A stretch of DNA of 64,000 nucleotides, from contig JBJKQR010000084.1 in NCBI GenBank assembly GCA_046735395.1, positions 1-64,000 on the forward strand, read 5' to 3'. The position numbers and the translations under genes are program-made. Every line of letters begins with the position of its first letter. Position 1 is the stretch's first letter. The notes beneath the pieces are model-generated. The model saw nothing but the letters and a program-made list of their open reading frames with translations. It was not told the origin of the DNA and searched no databases. This document shows positions 1-10,653 of the stretch, piece after piece. The DNA is from Fidelibacterota bacterium (GTDB lineage: Bacteria > Fidelibacterota > Fidelibacteria > Fidelibacterales > DSDE01).

Positions 1-290
1 TCATGGAGCACCCGGGCGTAAATGCAGGTGCTTTCCTTGGATGTATAGGCATTCAGACTGCCGCCGTAGGCTTCGATCTCGTCCACGATCCGGAGTGCGG
101 AGCGGGACTCGGTCCCCTTGAATATCAGATGTTCGATAAAATGGGCGATGCCGTCACTCCCCGGTTCTTCATCCCGGGTACCGGCCTGAATAAATACCCC
201 AACAGCACAAGACCTCACAAAGTCTACCGACTCTGTGAGGACTGTTATGCCATTGTGTAAAACGGATTTATGAAAATCCTGATTAATCAT
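1..290 (-). CDS. M16 (pitrilysin/insulinase) family zinc peptidase, 5' part only (runs off the window edge)
   Basis: Not in the ORF track. Manual translation from ATG at 290 (ATGA overlap with the pnp stop) gives MINQDFHKSVLHNGITVLTE...GIAHFIEHLIFKGT...GGSLNAYTSKE, with the inverted zinc motif HxxEH. This is the usual position downstream of pnp. Confidence 0.9.
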   Translation of the reverse strand, partial: MINQDFHKSVLHNGITVLTESVDFVRSCAVGVFIQAGTRDEEPGSDGIAHFIEHLIFKGTESRSALRIVDEIEAYGGSLNAYTSKESTCIYARVLH

Positions 291-2467
291 CGACGCGGAG
301 GCCGGCCATCCCGTTTTCCGTCACGACGGTCACGGCCGCCGTTGCTGCGGGGAGGTCTGGGTGAACGCTGTGGTTCCACATAGCCTTCCGGAGCCGGAGT
401 CGTGCGTTTCATACTCAGGTTGTTCCGTCCCTGACTGTCGACTTCGAACAGGACAACAGTGACTTCATCGCCTTCCTTGACAACGTCGGTAACCTTTTCG
501 ACCCGTTCCCACTTCATTTCAGAAATATGAACAAGTCCTTCTTTTCCTGGCATGAATTCCACGAAAGCGCCGAAATCCATGAGACGGGTTACCCGTGCAG
601 GATAGGTTTTGCCGACTTCCGGTTCGGCGACAAGTCCCAGAACCATTTCTTCGGCATTCTTGGCTTTCTCACTGTCATTGGAGAAAATATGGACGCTGCC
701 ATCATCTTCAATGTCGATCTCAACACCGGTTTCGGCGATGATATGCTTGATCATCTTGCCGCCGGGGCCGATGACCAGGCCGATTTTGTCAACCGGAATA
801 CGAAGGGCCGTGATACGAGGAGCCCACTTGCTGAGCTCGGGTCTGGGTGCATCGAGAGCTTCTCTCATCTTTCCCAGGATATAGAGCCGGCCGGCACGAG
901 CCTGTGCCAGAGCTTTTTCCATCGTATCAAAGGACAGGCCCTGGATCTTGAGATCCATCTGAATGGCCGTAATTCCGTCTTCCGTTCCGGTAACCTTGAA
1001 ATCCATATCGCCGTAATGATCTTCCTCGCCCAGAATATCGGACAGAACCGCAAAGCGGTCCCCATCGGAGATCAGTCCCATGGCAATACCGGAAACCATC
1101 TTGTGGATGGGTACACCGGCATCCATGAGAGACATACATCCTGCACAGACCGTGGCCATGGATGAAGATCCGTTCGATTCCAGAATATCGGAAACCACAC
1201 GCAGTGTATAGGGGAATTCCTTTTCATCCGGCACGACGAATTTCAGAGCCCGTTCAGCCAGATTTCCATGTCCGATTTCCCTGCGGCTGACGCCACGGAT
1301 CATCTTTGCTTCACCGGTTGAAAAGGGCGGGAAATTATACTGAAGTAAATAATGCTTCAGAGAATCGCCGTCAATATTATCAATGATCTGGGCATCTTTC
1401 TTTGCACCCAGAGTCGTAACCACCAGAGCCTGGGTCTCACCACGGGTAAAGACGGCAGAACCGTGCGTCCGGGGCAGAACCGACACTTCAGTCGTAATAT
1501 GGCGGATTTCATCCGTTTTCCGGCCGTCGACACGAATCCCTTTTTCCAGGATCTTTTCGCGCATTTTGTTTTTCAGCAGGTCATGCATGATCTCGCCGAT
1601 GGCGGCATCCTTCTCGGGAAATTCCTCGGCCAGTGCCTCTTTTGCTTCTGCGAGCATGGAAGATTCATATTCGGCACGTTCCTGTTTGCTGTCCAGAGAA
1701 ATCAGTTCGTCCACACGGGGACCATACACGGTGTGGATCTTTTCCTGGAGGTCCGTATCCACGACCTTTTCTTCAAAACTGCGCTTTTCGCCCGGATTCA
1801 CTTCGTCACGAAGCTCATTCTGCAGCGTCACCAGCTCAACAATCGCCTTGTGGGCGACATGAAGCGCGGCCAGAAAATCCGCTTCCGAAACTTCCTTCAG
1901 TTCACCTTCCACCATCATGAGCGAATCGACCGATCCGGAGACGACGATTTCCATTTCGGCAGCTTCGATCTGAGCCAGGCTCGGGTTGACAATGAATTCA
2001 CCGTCAATGCGCGATACGCGGACCGAGGCCACAGGACCGGCAAAGGGAATATCTGAAATATGAAGCGCGGCGGATGCAGCCATTGCGCCCAGTACATCAG
2101 GCTGGTTTTCCTGATCGTAGGACAGAACATTCACAATAACCTGGGTTTCGTAGAACCAGGTCTTGGGCAGGAGAGGACGGATCTGCCGGTCGATAACCCG
2201 GCTGCTCAGAACTTCTCTGTCACTGAGGCGTCCTTCACGCTTGAGAAAACCACCGGGAATCTTTCCGCTGGAATAGAATTTTTCTCTGAATTCAACAGAC
2301 AGGGGAACAAAATCCGCACCCTCGCGGGCATTCTTCGATGCCACAACCGTCGCCAGGACGACCGTGTCTCCACAACGGGCAAGAACTGAGCCGTCTGCCT
2401 GTTTGGCAAGCCTTCCGGTCTCCAGCACATAAGTCTGTCCGTTAACAGTTTTTTCTTTAAGAATCAA
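287..2467 (-). CDS. pnp: Polyribonucleotide nucleotidyltransferase (PNPase)
   Basis: ETGRLAKQADG, RSHGS-like THGSAVFTRGETQ, SNGSSSMA, GDMDFKV, KH (IGPGGK) and S1 domains; GGAGG RBS before the TTG start. Confidence 0.98.
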   Translation of the reverse strand: MILKEKTVNGQTYVLETGRLAKQADGSVLARCGDTVVLATVVASKNAREGADFVPLSVEFREKFYSSGKIPGGFLKREGRLSDREVLSSRVIDRQIRPLLPKTWFYETQVIVNVLSYDQENQPDVLGAMAASAALHISDIPFAGPVASVRVSRIDGEFIVNPSLAQIEAAEMEIVVSGSVDSLMMVEGELKEVSEADFLAALHVAHKAIVELVTLQNELRDEVNPGEKRSFEEKVVDTDLQEKIHTVYGPRVDELISLDSKQERAEYESSMLAEAKEALAEEFPEKDAAIGEIMHDLLKNKMREKILEKGIRVDGRKTDEIRHITTEVSVLPRTHGSAVFTRGETQALVVTTLGAKKDAQIIDNIDGDSLKHYLLQYNFPPFSTGEAKMIRGVSRREIGHGNLAERALKFVVPDEKEFPYTLRVVSDILESNGSSSMATVCAGCMSLMDAGVPIHKMVSGIAMGLISDGDRFAVLSDILGEEDHYGDMDFKVTGTEDGITAIQMDLKIQGLSFDTMEKALAQARAGRLYILGKMREALDAPRPELSKWAPRITALRIPVDKIGLVIGPGGKMIKHIIAETGVEIDIEDDGSVHIFSNDSEKAKNAEEMVLGLVAEPEVGKTYPARVTRLMDFGAFVEFMPGKEGLVHISEMKWERVEKVTDVVKEGDEVTVVLFEVDSQGRNNLSMKRTTPAPEGYVEPQRSPRPPRSNGGRDRRDGKRDGRPPRR

Positions 2468-2482
2468 AATACCTCCACCTTC

Positions 2483-2755
2483 CTATTTACGCAGTCCGAG
2501 TTCACTGATGACCGCACGATATCTATCCGTATCATTCTTGATAAGATAGTTCAGCAGCCGACGACGCTGACCTACGAGCTTGGAAAGGCCGCGACGATTG
2601 TGATGATCCTTCTTGTGAACTTTTACATGTTCGGTAAGATCCCGGATCCGCTGTGTGAGCAATGCAATCTGGACTTCGGGCTTACCCGTGTCCTTGTCAT
2701 TTGCACCGAATTTACTGATAATTTCCTGTTTCTGTTCTTTGCTTAATGTTGTCAT
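2483..2755 (-). CDS. rpsO: 30S ribosomal protein S15
   Basis: [23 protein letters not shown], ending LGLRK; directly upstream of pnp. Confidence 0.98.
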   Translation of the reverse strand: MTTLSKEQKQEIISKFGANDKDTGKPEVQIALLTQRIRDLTEHVKVHKKDHHNRRGLSKLVGQRRRLLNYLIKNDTDRYRAVISELGLRK

Positions 2756-3699
2756 GAATCCTCCAATTCAAATTTTTCACTGCAATTGATTTTATCTTTG
2801 TTAAGTTGTTCTACCAGATCAGCAGCACTGTCAAAGCGAATCTCATCCCGAAGGCGGCGGTGAATTGAGAAATCGATTTCATTGCCGGGTCTGGCTTTAA
2901 CGACCGTATCGAGAAGATGAATCTCGATGGTCATGAATTTCCCGTCGAAAGTGGGACGATATCCGATATTGCACATGCCCTTGTAGGTCCGGCGCCGGAA
3001 ATACACGGATACGCAGTACACTCCGATATGGGGAATTATTTTTTTGGGTGACAGGGGCAGGACGTTCAGAGTGGGAAAACCCAGTCTCCGGCCCCGGTTG
3101 TCGCCGGCCACGAGGGTGCCCTTGATATGAAAGGGGCGTCCGAGGTACTGATTTGCCAGATCAATTTCTCCGGCGGCAAGCAGACGCCTGATATTGGTGC
3201 TGTTGATGACCGTATTCCGGTCGTTGATGGCCGGCACGATCTCCGTGAAATATCCGTACTTTTCCTCCCCCATCTTTTTCAGAAATTCGGGAGTTCCCTT
3301 CCGGTCCCGGCCGAAACTGTGGCTGTAACCGACCACGAAACCTTTGACCTTCATGAATTTCAGGAGATAATTTTCCAGAAAGCGTTTCGGTTCCAGTTTC
3401 AGCAGATCCTTGTTGAAGGGATGAACGACCAGATAATCCAGACCCAGCGAGGACAGGAGTTTGATCCGTTCCTGAAGCGTCGTAATAAACTGGATGGGAT
3501 TGCGGTCCATTTCCAGAATCACTTCCCGGGGGTGGGGGACATAGGTGATGAGCACCGATTTCAGCCCCTTTTCCCTGGCTTTTTCATTCAGAATACGAAT
3601 AATCTCCTGATGGCCGATATGCACACCGTCAAAGGTGCCCATGGTCACCACCGTTTCAGGCATATTGGGAATATTCTTTATGCTGCTAATAATTTCCAT
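2752..3699 (-). CDS. ribF: Bifunctional riboflavin kinase/FAD synthetase
   Basis: [35 protein letters not shown]; truB-ribF-rpsO synteny. Confidence 0.96.
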   Translation of the reverse strand: MEIISSIKNIPNMPETVVTMGTFDGVHIGHQEIIRILNEKAREKGLKSVLITYVPHPREVILEMDRNPIQFITTLQERIKLLSSLGLDYLVVHPFNKDLLKLEPKRFLENYLLKFMKVKGFVVGYSHSFGRDRKGTPEFLKKMGEEKYGYFTEIVPAINDRNTVINSTNIRRLLAAGEIDLANQYLGRPFHIKGTLVAGDNRGRRLGFPTLNVLPLSPKKIIPHIGVYCVSVYFRRRTYKGMCNIGYRPTFDGKFMTIEIHLLDTVVKARPGNEIDFSIHRRLRDEIRFDSAADLVEQLNKDKINCSEKFELEDS

Positions 3700-4334
3700 G
3701 CGTCCGTAAACTCTTCCAGGCTGAAAGCTTCATCAAGGGTGTAATGTCCGACAGCGAGACGTGTCAGTTCCGCCGCGTGGGCGCCGCAGTTCAGCTCACG
3801 CCCCAGGTCGTGGGCAATGCTGCGGATATAGGTGCCGGGACCGCAGAAGATCTCCAGATCCAGCACAGGATGCCGATAATCCAGAATCCGGATCTGTTCC
3901 ACTATAACGGTGCGGCTTTCCCGTTCGATCGTCTTTCCCTCCCTGGCATATTTGTAGAGAGCTTTTCCGGCAATTTTCCGGGCGCTGTACATGGGCGGAA
4001 CCTGGCTGATCTGTCCGGTAAATTTGCCAAGTGTTGCCTCCAGGGCATACTTATCAAATTCAGCAAAATCTGTTTTTTCAGCGAGGACAGCCCCGGTGCG
4101 GTCATAGGTATCGGTTTCTATACCGAGCACGACAGACACTCTGTAGGTCTTCATTGCATGCTTGGTCACATCAAGCCGCCGTGTATGGCTGCCGAAACCC
4201 AGAACCAGTAGACCGCCGGCAAAGGGATCCAGCGTCCCCGAATGGCCGACTTTCTTCATGCGGGTAATACCCCGGGCCTTGCGGACAACATCAAAGGAGG
4301 TCCAGCCGACGGGTTTGACGATCGGTACCGTCAT
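3678..4334 (-). CDS. truB: tRNA pseudouridine(55) synthase
   Basis: KP.GWTSFDVV, KVGHSGTLDP, QVPPMYSA, GTYIRS. Start placed at ATG 4334; the ORF track start at 4391 overlaps rbfA. Confidence 0.95.
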   Translation of the reverse strand: MTVPIVKPVGWTSFDVVRKARGITRMKKVGHSGTLDPFAGGLLVLGFGSHTRRLDVTKHAMKTYRVSVVLGIETDTYDRTGAVLAEKTDFAEFDKYALEATLGKFTGQISQVPPMYSARKIAGKALYKYAREGKTIERESRTVIVEQIRILDYRHPVLDLEIFCGPGTYIRSIAHDLGRELNCGAHAAELTRLAVGHYTLDEAFSLEEFTDAWKLLAA

Positions 4335-4353
4335 ACCCAGGATTTTTCCCTCA

Positions 4354-4692
4354 TCAGAGATCTCGCAGTAATCTGTTAATTCTTTCCGCATTTTCCAGTG
4401 ATGTATCCTTCACAAAACTGATTCTTGGCATATATTTGACTACGATTTTCCCGGCAAGCTGGTGACGGATTTTCTTTAGGTCCCGAAGCAGGGTTTGAAA
4501 TAACGCGTCCTTCGCCGCATCATCCCCCGAGAACAGGCTGCAGAATATTCTCGCATCCCGCAGGTCGTCACTCAGCTCAACTTCCGTGACCGTGAGCAGC
4601 ACCGTCGGATGCTGCTGCGAATAGGAATCCTTCAGGATACTGCCCATCGCGTGAAGCATTTCGCTGCTCAGTTTTTCGGACCGTTTACTCAC
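4354..4692 (-). CDS. rbfA: 30S ribosome-binding factor A
   Basis: TVTEVELSDDLRDARIF, KYMPRISFVKDTS; GTG start at 4692 overlapping the infB stop (GTGA). Confidence 0.92.
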   Translation of the reverse strand: MSKRSEKLSSEMLHAMGSILKDSYSQQHPTVLLTVTEVELSDDLRDARIFCSLFSGDDAAKDALFQTLLRDLKKIRHQLAGKIVVKYMPRISFVKDTSLENAERINRLLRDL

Positions 4693-7394
4693 TTGCTCTG
4701 CAGGGTCCTCTTTATCGATTTTTCGGTGTAGCATTCAACCACATCACCGACCTCGTAGTCGTCAAAACCCTGAATATTGATACCGCATTCCAGGCTTTCC
4801 TTCACTTCCTTCACATCATCCTTGAAGCGTTTGAGTGTGGTGAGGAATCCGTCAAAGATACTTTCACCCTCACGCAGGATCCGGATCATGCTGCCCCGCG
4901 TAACTTTACCGGACGTAACATAGGATCCGCCGATCTTCCCGGCTTTGGGCACCTTGATGATCATGCGGATTTCCGCAGTCCCGGTAACTTCCCGAACCTT
5001 TTCCGGTTCGAGCAGCCCTTCCAGAGACAGCTTCACATCCTCAACCGCATCGTAAATCACCGTATAATAGCGGATTTCCACAGACAGATTGCCGGCAATA
5101 TCCTTGGCCTTCTGTGTCGTATTCACATGGAATCCGATAATAATGGCCTTCGAGGCAGATGCCAGGTTCACATCGCTCTCATTGATCATACCGATACCGC
5201 GGTGCAGTACTCTGACGGCCACTTCCTTGGTGGACAGCTTCATGAACGCATCTGCAAGCGCTTCGATGGATCCGTCCACATCACCCTTGATGATGAGATT
5301 GAGTTCGCGGGTCTTGCCCTCGGCAATCTGACGTCCGATCTCTTCCAGAGTCTGGAGAGACTGGGCTCTGAATTCCTGTTCGCGATGGATGCGTTTCCGT
5401 TCCGTGGCAATGCGTTTTGCTTCCCGTTCATCATCCATCATGATGAATTGATCACCGGCCTGAGGAACATCCTCGAAGCCCTGAATCTGAATGGGATCGG
5501 AAGGATTGGCTTCGGCGAGCCGTTCGCCCCATTCATTGGTCATGGCACGAACGCGGCCTGAGAAGCGGCCGCAGACAAAGGAATCTCCAATCCGGAGAAT
5601 GCCCTTCTGCACCAGAACCGTGGCGACAGGGCCCATTCCCTTGTCAAGCTTCGATTCGATGACCATACCCCGGGCAGTACCTTCCACGGGTGCCTTCAGG
5701 TCAAGAACCTCAGCTTCAAGCAGGATGGCATCCAGAAGTTTGTCGATATTTGTTCCCTTCTTGGCAGAGACAGGGACACTCTGGACCTGGCCGCCCCAGT
5801 CTTCCACGAGAATATTATTTTCGCTCAGTTCGCGTTTTACCCGGTCCGGATCAGCTTCCGGCTTATCCATTTTATTGATGGCGATAATGATGGGCACACC
5901 GGCTGCCTGGGCATGATTGAGGGCTTCACGGGTCTGGGGCATGACCCCGTCATCCGCAGCCACGACCACGACAACAATATCCGTAATCTGGGCGCCGCGG
6001 GCTCGCATGGCCGTAAAAGCCTCATGTCCGGGCGTATCCAGAAAGGTGATATTGCTTCCCTTTTCGGTTTTTACGCGATAGGCTCCGATATGCTGCGTAA
6101 TACCGCCGCTTTCGCCGGATACCACGTTGGCCCGGCGTATGTAATCGAGAATACTTGTCTTTCCATGATCCACATGGCCCATAACCGTGACAACCGGAGA
6201 GCGGGGAACAAGTTCGAGTGATTCGTCCTCATCCTCCTCCACATCCAGTTCACTGAAATCCTCGGCCTTTTCCACAGCCACATCAAACTCGGAGCAGAGC
6301 AGCTCGATAGTGTCCCAGTCGAGGCGCTGGTTGATGGTCACCATCAGGCCCATTCCCATACACTTGCCGATAATATCCGTGTAACTCACATTCAGGACGC
6401 GCGACAATTCCTCCACGGAGATGAATTCCATCACCTGGATAACATCATCATCCTCATCGTATTCGTCACTATCGGAGACATTCCGTTTGTGATATTTTTT
6501 CCGGCCCTTCTTTTCGTCCAGGGAAGCAAGGGTCTGTTTAATACTGGCTGATACTTCAACCTGGTCAACCTTGTTGCCCCTGCGTCCGCCACGACGTACT
6601 CCGGCGCTTGGTTCAGGTACGGCTGTATCCCCGGGGCCGGTTTTCTTTTTCTTGAATTTATCCAGCCGGGACTCCATTTCCGAAACCTGAAACCGTTTCG
6701 TGGCATGACGATGTTTCTGTTTCAGATCATCCAGCTTCTTTTCAAATAGATTTTCATTCTGTTCAGGATCGACTTCGACAACTTTTTTCCGTTTTTTACG
6801 GGATTTCTTGCCAGGCTTATTGATGGATTCCTCTTCCTCCACCTCATCCTTGAGCTTGTCACTGGACACAACCGAACCATCGGCGATCCCGGATGTTTTT
6901 TTCCGGGCACCCAGTTTTTTCTTTTCTTCCTCTTCAAGAAGTTTCTTCGCCTCTTCTTCTTCCTTGCGGCGGCGATCCATTTCCTCTTTGGCCTTCTTCT
7001 GTTCGATTTCAGCCAGTCGACGAGCTTCCTTTTCCTTCTCCTGCCGTTCAGCCTCAAGTTTTTCAGCTACTTCAGCTTCCTGGATTTTTCGGACCCGGTA
7101 CTCCTCAGCCTTGACCCGCGCGTCCTCCTCATCCTTCTTCTGCTGCTCAACCTTCTTTTTTATCTCTTCGGCTGCTTCGGCGAGCTTTTCCCGTTCACTC
7201 TTTATAATGTCGACCTTCTTGGCATCCGAGGCAAATTCAACATTCAGCATCTGCTGAATGTCACCTTCCAGCTTGGTGTTGACCGATGCGGATATGCCCT
7301 TGGCCTCAAGGAAACTGATAATGTCCTTGTGGGAAATATTCAAACGTTTTGCAAACTGAAATACCTTCACTGGCTGCTCCGGAGTCTGTGTCAT
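4689..7394 (-). CDS. infB: Translation initiation factor IF-2
   Basis: [21 protein letters not shown]-domain motifs; K/E-rich N-terminal region. Confidence 0.98.
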   Translation of the reverse strand: MTQTPEQPVKVFQFAKRLNISHKDIISFLEAKGISASVNTKLEGDIQQMLNVEFASDAKKVDIIKSEREKLAEAAEEIKKKVEQQKKDEEDARVKAEEYRVRKIQEAEVAEKLEAERQEKEKEARRLAEIEQKKAKEEMDRRRKEEEEAKKLLEEEEKKKLGARKKTSGIADGSVVSSDKLKDEVEEEESINKPGKKSRKKRKKVVEVDPEQNENLFEKKLDDLKQKHRHATKRFQVSEMESRLDKFKKKKTGPGDTAVPEPSAGVRRGGRRGNKVDQVEVSASIKQTLASLDEKKGRKKYHKRNVSDSDEYDEDDDVIQVMEFISVEELSRVLNVSYTDIIGKCMGMGLMVTINQRLDWDTIELLCSEFDVAVEKAEDFSELDVEEDEDESLELVPRSPVVTVMGHVDHGKTSILDYIRRANVVSGESGGITQHIGAYRVKTEKGSNITFLDTPGHEAFTAMRARGAQITDIVVVVVAADDGVMPQTREALNHAQAAGVPIIIAINKMDKPEADPDRVKRELSENNILVEDWGGQVQSVPVSAKKGTNIDKLLDAILLEAEVLDLKAPVEGTARGMVIESKLDKGMGPVATVLVQKGILRIGDSFVCGRFSGRVRAMTNEWGERLAEANPSDPIQIQGFEDVPQAGDQFIMMDDEREAKRIATERKRIHREQEFRAQSLQTLEEIGRQIAEGKTRELNLIIKGDVDGSIEALADAFMKLSTKEVAVRVLHRGIGMINESDVNLASASKAIIIGFHVNTTQKAKDIAGNLSVEIRYYTVIYDAVEDVKLSLEGLLEPEKVREVTGTAEIRMIIKVPKAGKIGGSYVTSGKVTRGSMIRILREGESIFDGFLTTLKRFKDDVKEVKESLECGINIQGFDDYEVGDVVECYTEKSIKRTLQSK

Positions 7395-7412
7395 TCAAAA
7401 GCTCCTATAATT

Positions 7413-8708
7413 TTATTCTTCGTCTTCGTCAATATCCAATAACCGTTCATCTTCACGCTTTTGTACAAGAGCTTCCTGAATCAACGCTTCAATCTTTTCA
7501 AAAGTTTTTTCTCCAATACCCTTGATATTCAGAATTTCCTCAGGATCTGCATTGAGAAATTCAGCAACGGTCTCGATTCCCTGCGAATGCAGGCCATCCA
7601 GCTGCGTTTCATTGATGCCCTCAATATCCTCGAGGAAAATATCATCTCCTTCAAGGCGGTTGTATTCGGAACGACGGATAGCGTCGATTTCGTAACCGGT
7701 CACCTTGGAAGTCAGGTTGATATTGATACCACCGGTTCCGATGGCAGTCGCAATTTCCGTATCGTCAAAGACGGCCAGGGCAAGACGGCGGTCCTCATCA
7801 ATCTCGATGAACAGCGGTTTGGCCGGAGACAGGGCCCTGGAGATCAGAACTTCAGATTCTCTGCTGTTATTGATGATATCCACATTTTCACCGCTCAGCT
7901 CGGAGACGATGGCCTTGATACGGCTTCCCTTGAGGCCCACGCAGGCTCCCACGGCGTCAATGCGCTTGTCGCTGGATTCCACGATGATCTTGCTGCGGCG
8001 TCCGGCAACCCGGGCAATCGCCTTGATCTCCACGATACCGTCGAAGATTTCCGGAACTTCCAGTTCAAACAGACGGCGGAGGAAACTTTCGTCCGAACGG
8101 CTGATGATGATTTCGGGGCCTTTGGCGCTGATACGGACATCCTTGATAATGGCCTTCAGTGTATCACCGCGGCGATACCGTTCCGTATCAATCTGTTCCG
8201 ACCGGGGCATTTTGAGCTCAACCCGGTCGATATTGACATAAATGGCATCGTTGCGGCGGATCTGATGAATACTTCCCACAATGATTTCACCCACGCGGTT
8301 CTTGTATTCCTCAAATATCTGATTCCGTTCAATCTCTCGAATCTTCTGGTTCAGAACCTGTTTGGCGGCAATCACGGCACGGCGTCCGAATTCATTGGGA
8401 TCGATAATCTTTACGGCCACGTCTCCCACTTCCGCATCCTGCATGTCGGGAAGCAATACCGCATCGCTGAGAGAGATCTGATTGACTTCATCATCCAGCT
8501 CATCATCGTCCACAATCTCAAGTTCCTGATAAATTTCTATCTCACCTTTATCAATATTTACAATAATATCAAAGTTATCAGCCTCTCCAAAGCGCTTCCG
8601 GATAACGGAATCAAAAACAGATTCAATGATATCCGCCACTTCCGAACGATCGATACCCTTTTCACGGGCAAGAACTGTAAAGGCTTCAATTAATTCTTTC
8701 TGCTCCAA
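7413..8708 (-). CDS. nusA: Transcription termination/antitermination factor NusA
   Basis: FELEVPEI, DAVGACVG, S1 and KH domains, C-terminal HhH (IKGIGEKT). Confidence 0.97.
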   Translation of the reverse strand: MEQKELIEAFTVLAREKGIDRSEVADIIESVFDSVIRKRFGEADNFDIIVNIDKGEIEIYQELEIVDDDELDDEVNQISLSDAVLLPDMQDAEVGDVAVKIIDPNEFGRRAVIAAKQVLNQKIREIERNQIFEEYKNRVGEIIVGSIHQIRRNDAIYVNIDRVELKMPRSEQIDTERYRRGDTLKAIIKDVRISAKGPEIIISRSDESFLRRLFELEVPEIFDGIVEIKAIARVAGRRSKIIVESSDKRIDAVGACVGLKGSRIKAIVSELSGENVDIINNSRESEVLISRALSPAKPLFIEIDEDRRLALAVFDDTEIATAIGTGGININLTSKVTGYEIDAIRRSEYNRLEGDDIFLEDIEGINETQLDGLHSQGIETVAEFLNADPEEILNIKGIGEKTFEKIEALIQEALVQKREDERLLDIDEDEE

Positions 8709-8742
8709 ATTTTTCTCCCTCGCAGGTTCCCGTCCGGGACTC

Positions 8743-9189
8743 CTACCATTTTAATTTTACTTTTGCCTCAAGTATGTCCGCATAGTCCAGGCGGCATTCC
8801 GGTACGCCCTTCTTTTCCGGGCTCAGGTTGATTCCCTCATCGTCAGCCGCATTCAGTACGGCCTTGAGCGGAGAAGGAATATCCTCACGTGAATGGGTTA
8901 TGCGCAGACTGCGTCCGATATTTTTTCGGAAATGCCGGGGCAGGCTCAGCGGGGAGTCAACACCCGGACTTGATACTTCCAGTTCATAGTCCTCGCCTCC
9001 GGCGTCTATAAATCCCTGATTGTGGCGGATTCTCGAAGAAATCTTCGCCAGCGTATCAAAGGGTATCCCCGAATCCGTATCGAGAATCAGCAGGATTTTT
9101 TCCCCACCGTCCCCTCCGGTCAGTGATTCAATATAGACATCCTCTTCTTCCAGAAGCGTGAGAATGATGTCCTTTATTTCTTCTTTCAT
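8743..9189 (-). CDS. rimP: Ribosome maturation factor RimP
   Basis: YELEVSSPGVD.PL motif; first gene before nusA. Confidence 0.92.
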   Translation of the reverse strand: MKEEIKDIILTLLEEEDVYIESLTGGDGGEKILLILDTDSGIPFDTLAKISSRIRHNQGFIDAGGEDYELEVSSPGVDSPLSLPRHFRKNIGRSLRITHSREDIPSPLKAVLNAADDEGINLSPEKKGVPECRLDYADILEAKVKLKW

Positions 9190-9206
9190 ACTCTCCTATA
9201 TACGCG

Positions 9207-9229
9207 AAAAGTGGGGCGACCCCACTTTA
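9207..9229 (-). promoter_or_regulatory. rimP leader hairpin (attenuator-like)
   Basis: On the minus strand AAAGUGGGG-UCG-CCCCACUUU followed by U, about 18 nt before the rimP start. Matches the known GGG..CCC terminator-like rimP leader. Confidence 0.7.
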
Positions 9230-9345
9230 CAGCACCTAATTTACTGTTAATATCCGATATATGCAAAGGGAAAAACCCGGGCGGTCTCAGGCTCAGCGGC
9301 TGCAGCAGACAGCGGAAAAAATCAGGGCATCATAATTGAAGCGAA

Positions 9346-9708
9346 TCAGTGTTTTTTCCTCCGGCTCTCAATCTTCTTGATAATATCATCATCATCGCTT
9401 TCGTCGCTCCCTCCGCCCGCTTCATCGGACGGAGTCACGTCCTCCTTATCCTCGAGATATTTGATGTACTGGCCACGAAGTTTATGAAGCCGGGGCAGCG
9501 ATGCCTCGAAGGACTTGTCCCTGCTGTCCAGAGAGTCAAGGATGCTTCGCACGTCTCCGTCAAACACTTCGATCGTTTTTTCCAGCCGCCGGAACAGACG
9601 GTCCATCAGCTCCTTGCCATACACCTGATTGATATTGTCCAGCAGGTCGGAAAACCGTGATTCAATATATTTCTTTCTTTCATCCGGATTATCAAAATTC
9701 ACTGCCAT
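9346..9708 (-). CDS. Hypothetical helical protein with acidic C-terminal tail
   Basis: 120-aa ORF with GGGAG RBS, in a tightly packed minus-strand run; no recognised family. Confidence 0.7.
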   Translation of the reverse strand: MAVNFDNPDERKKYIESRFSDLLDNINQVYGKELMDRLFRRLEKTIEVFDGDVRSILDSLDSRDKSFEASLPRLHKLRGQYIKYLEDKEDVTPSDEAGGGSDESDDDDIIKKIESRRKKH

Positions 9709-9723
9709 TTCATTACTCCCTGA

Positions 9724-9912
9724 TCACCACATATCCCGTTTTTTAAAATCATCATAGATGTTCAGTTCCTTTTCCAGAACCTTTGCCAGCCCCCGCAGAG
9801 TTCCGTTGAGCCTGACGGAAATCTCACCCTGGCCCTTCAGGATTTTGGCCACGAGGTCCTTCAGTTCCTGAAGCTCATCGTCATCAACTTCAATCTTCAG
9901 TTTGTTCAGCAT
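9724..9912 (-). CDS. Small hypothetical protein (62 aa)
   Basis: 3-nt gap to the upstream ORF and 15-nt gap to the downstream ORF; charged amphipathic sequence. Confidence 0.6.
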   Translation of the reverse strand: MLNKLKIEVDDDELQELKDLVAKILKGQGEISVRLNGTLRGLAKVLEKELNIYDDFKKRDMW

Positions 9913-9915
9913 TTA

Positions 9916-10287
9916 TCAGGCCTTCAGATACATTTTATAATTGTAGGCATCGATTTTTTCAATGATAATGGTATCGCCGGGTTTGACATTCCGGTCATTC
10001 ATATACTTGGTCGTTCCCTTGGTATAGCTCCGGTTCCGGAAAACGAAACGCTTGTCCACGATATCCGTTTCAATTTCGAATCCCAGATCCGTCGTGATAT
10101 TGATGGTCTTCACTTTGTAATTCAGATTCACGTTATCCGCGGGGTTCTGGGCGCCGACAGCGTCGTAGGGAAAAAACTTTATATAATCGGCCACGGAAAA
10201 CTGCCGCTGCATGTAAAAGAGATTCTGCCGCGTAATGGGTATCTCGATGGCGTCTCTGAAAACTATTTTATCCCAGTCATTTTCCAT
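9916..10287 (-). CDS. Hypothetical protein, possible B3/pseudobarrel-like DNA-binding domain
   Basis: Pattern IPIT..N...FFP.DAVG..N...ETDI...FR.R...KPGD.I.IE...Y.Y; overlaps the upstream ORF by 11 nt. Confidence 0.65.
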   Translation of the reverse strand: MENDWDKIVFRDAIEIPITRQNLFYMQRQFSVADYIKFFPYDAVGAQNPADNVNLNYKVKTINITTDLGFEIETDIVDKRFVFRNRSYTKGTTKYMNDRNVKPGDTIIIEKIDAYNYKMYLKA

Positions 10288-10645
10288 AATTGATTTTTAT
10301 CTCGAATTCAAAGCTTAGGGGTTCTTCAAGGTCAGTCATTCCATCACAGGAGAAGTGAAGTTTCACATCATCCGTTTCTTCGGGAAAATCCAGATCCTCA
10401 AGACAATCAAAAAGATTCTCCTCGGAAATTCCGTTGTGAAGAATCAGCGTTTCATCCTTATCCCAGTGCCGGGACCGGATCAATCCGTATTCCAGTCCGG
10501 CTAAGGTATCCAGCAGATCATCATCCTTGTCATAGAGACGGATTTCAGTAATGACCAGCTCGAGAAATTCCTCTCCGGTACTTTTCTCCAGGTCGTCAAT
10601 CTTGTCCGTCACAATCTGAATAATCTGTTCGTAATCGAGTTTCAT
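10277..10645 (-). CDS. Highly acidic hypothetical protein
   Basis: ORF with AAGGA RBS before ATG 10645; D/E-rich. Confidence 0.65.
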   Translation of the reverse strand: MKLDYEQIIQIVTDKIDDLEKSTGEEFLELVITEIRLYDKDDDLLDTLAGLEYGLIRSRHWDKDETLILHNGISEENLFDCLEDLDFPEETDDVKLHFSCDGMTDLEEPLSFEFEIKINYGK

Positions 10646-10653
10646 AAATCCTT

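Noticed and set aside
3..260. 85-aa plus-strand ORF in the track
   Set aside because: Antisense shadow of the M16 peptidase gene (HxxEH) on the minus strand
6700..7200. Purine/pyrimidine-skewed repetitive sequence
   Set aside because: Encodes the normal K/E-rich N-terminal region of IF-2; not a DNA repeat or CRISPR array
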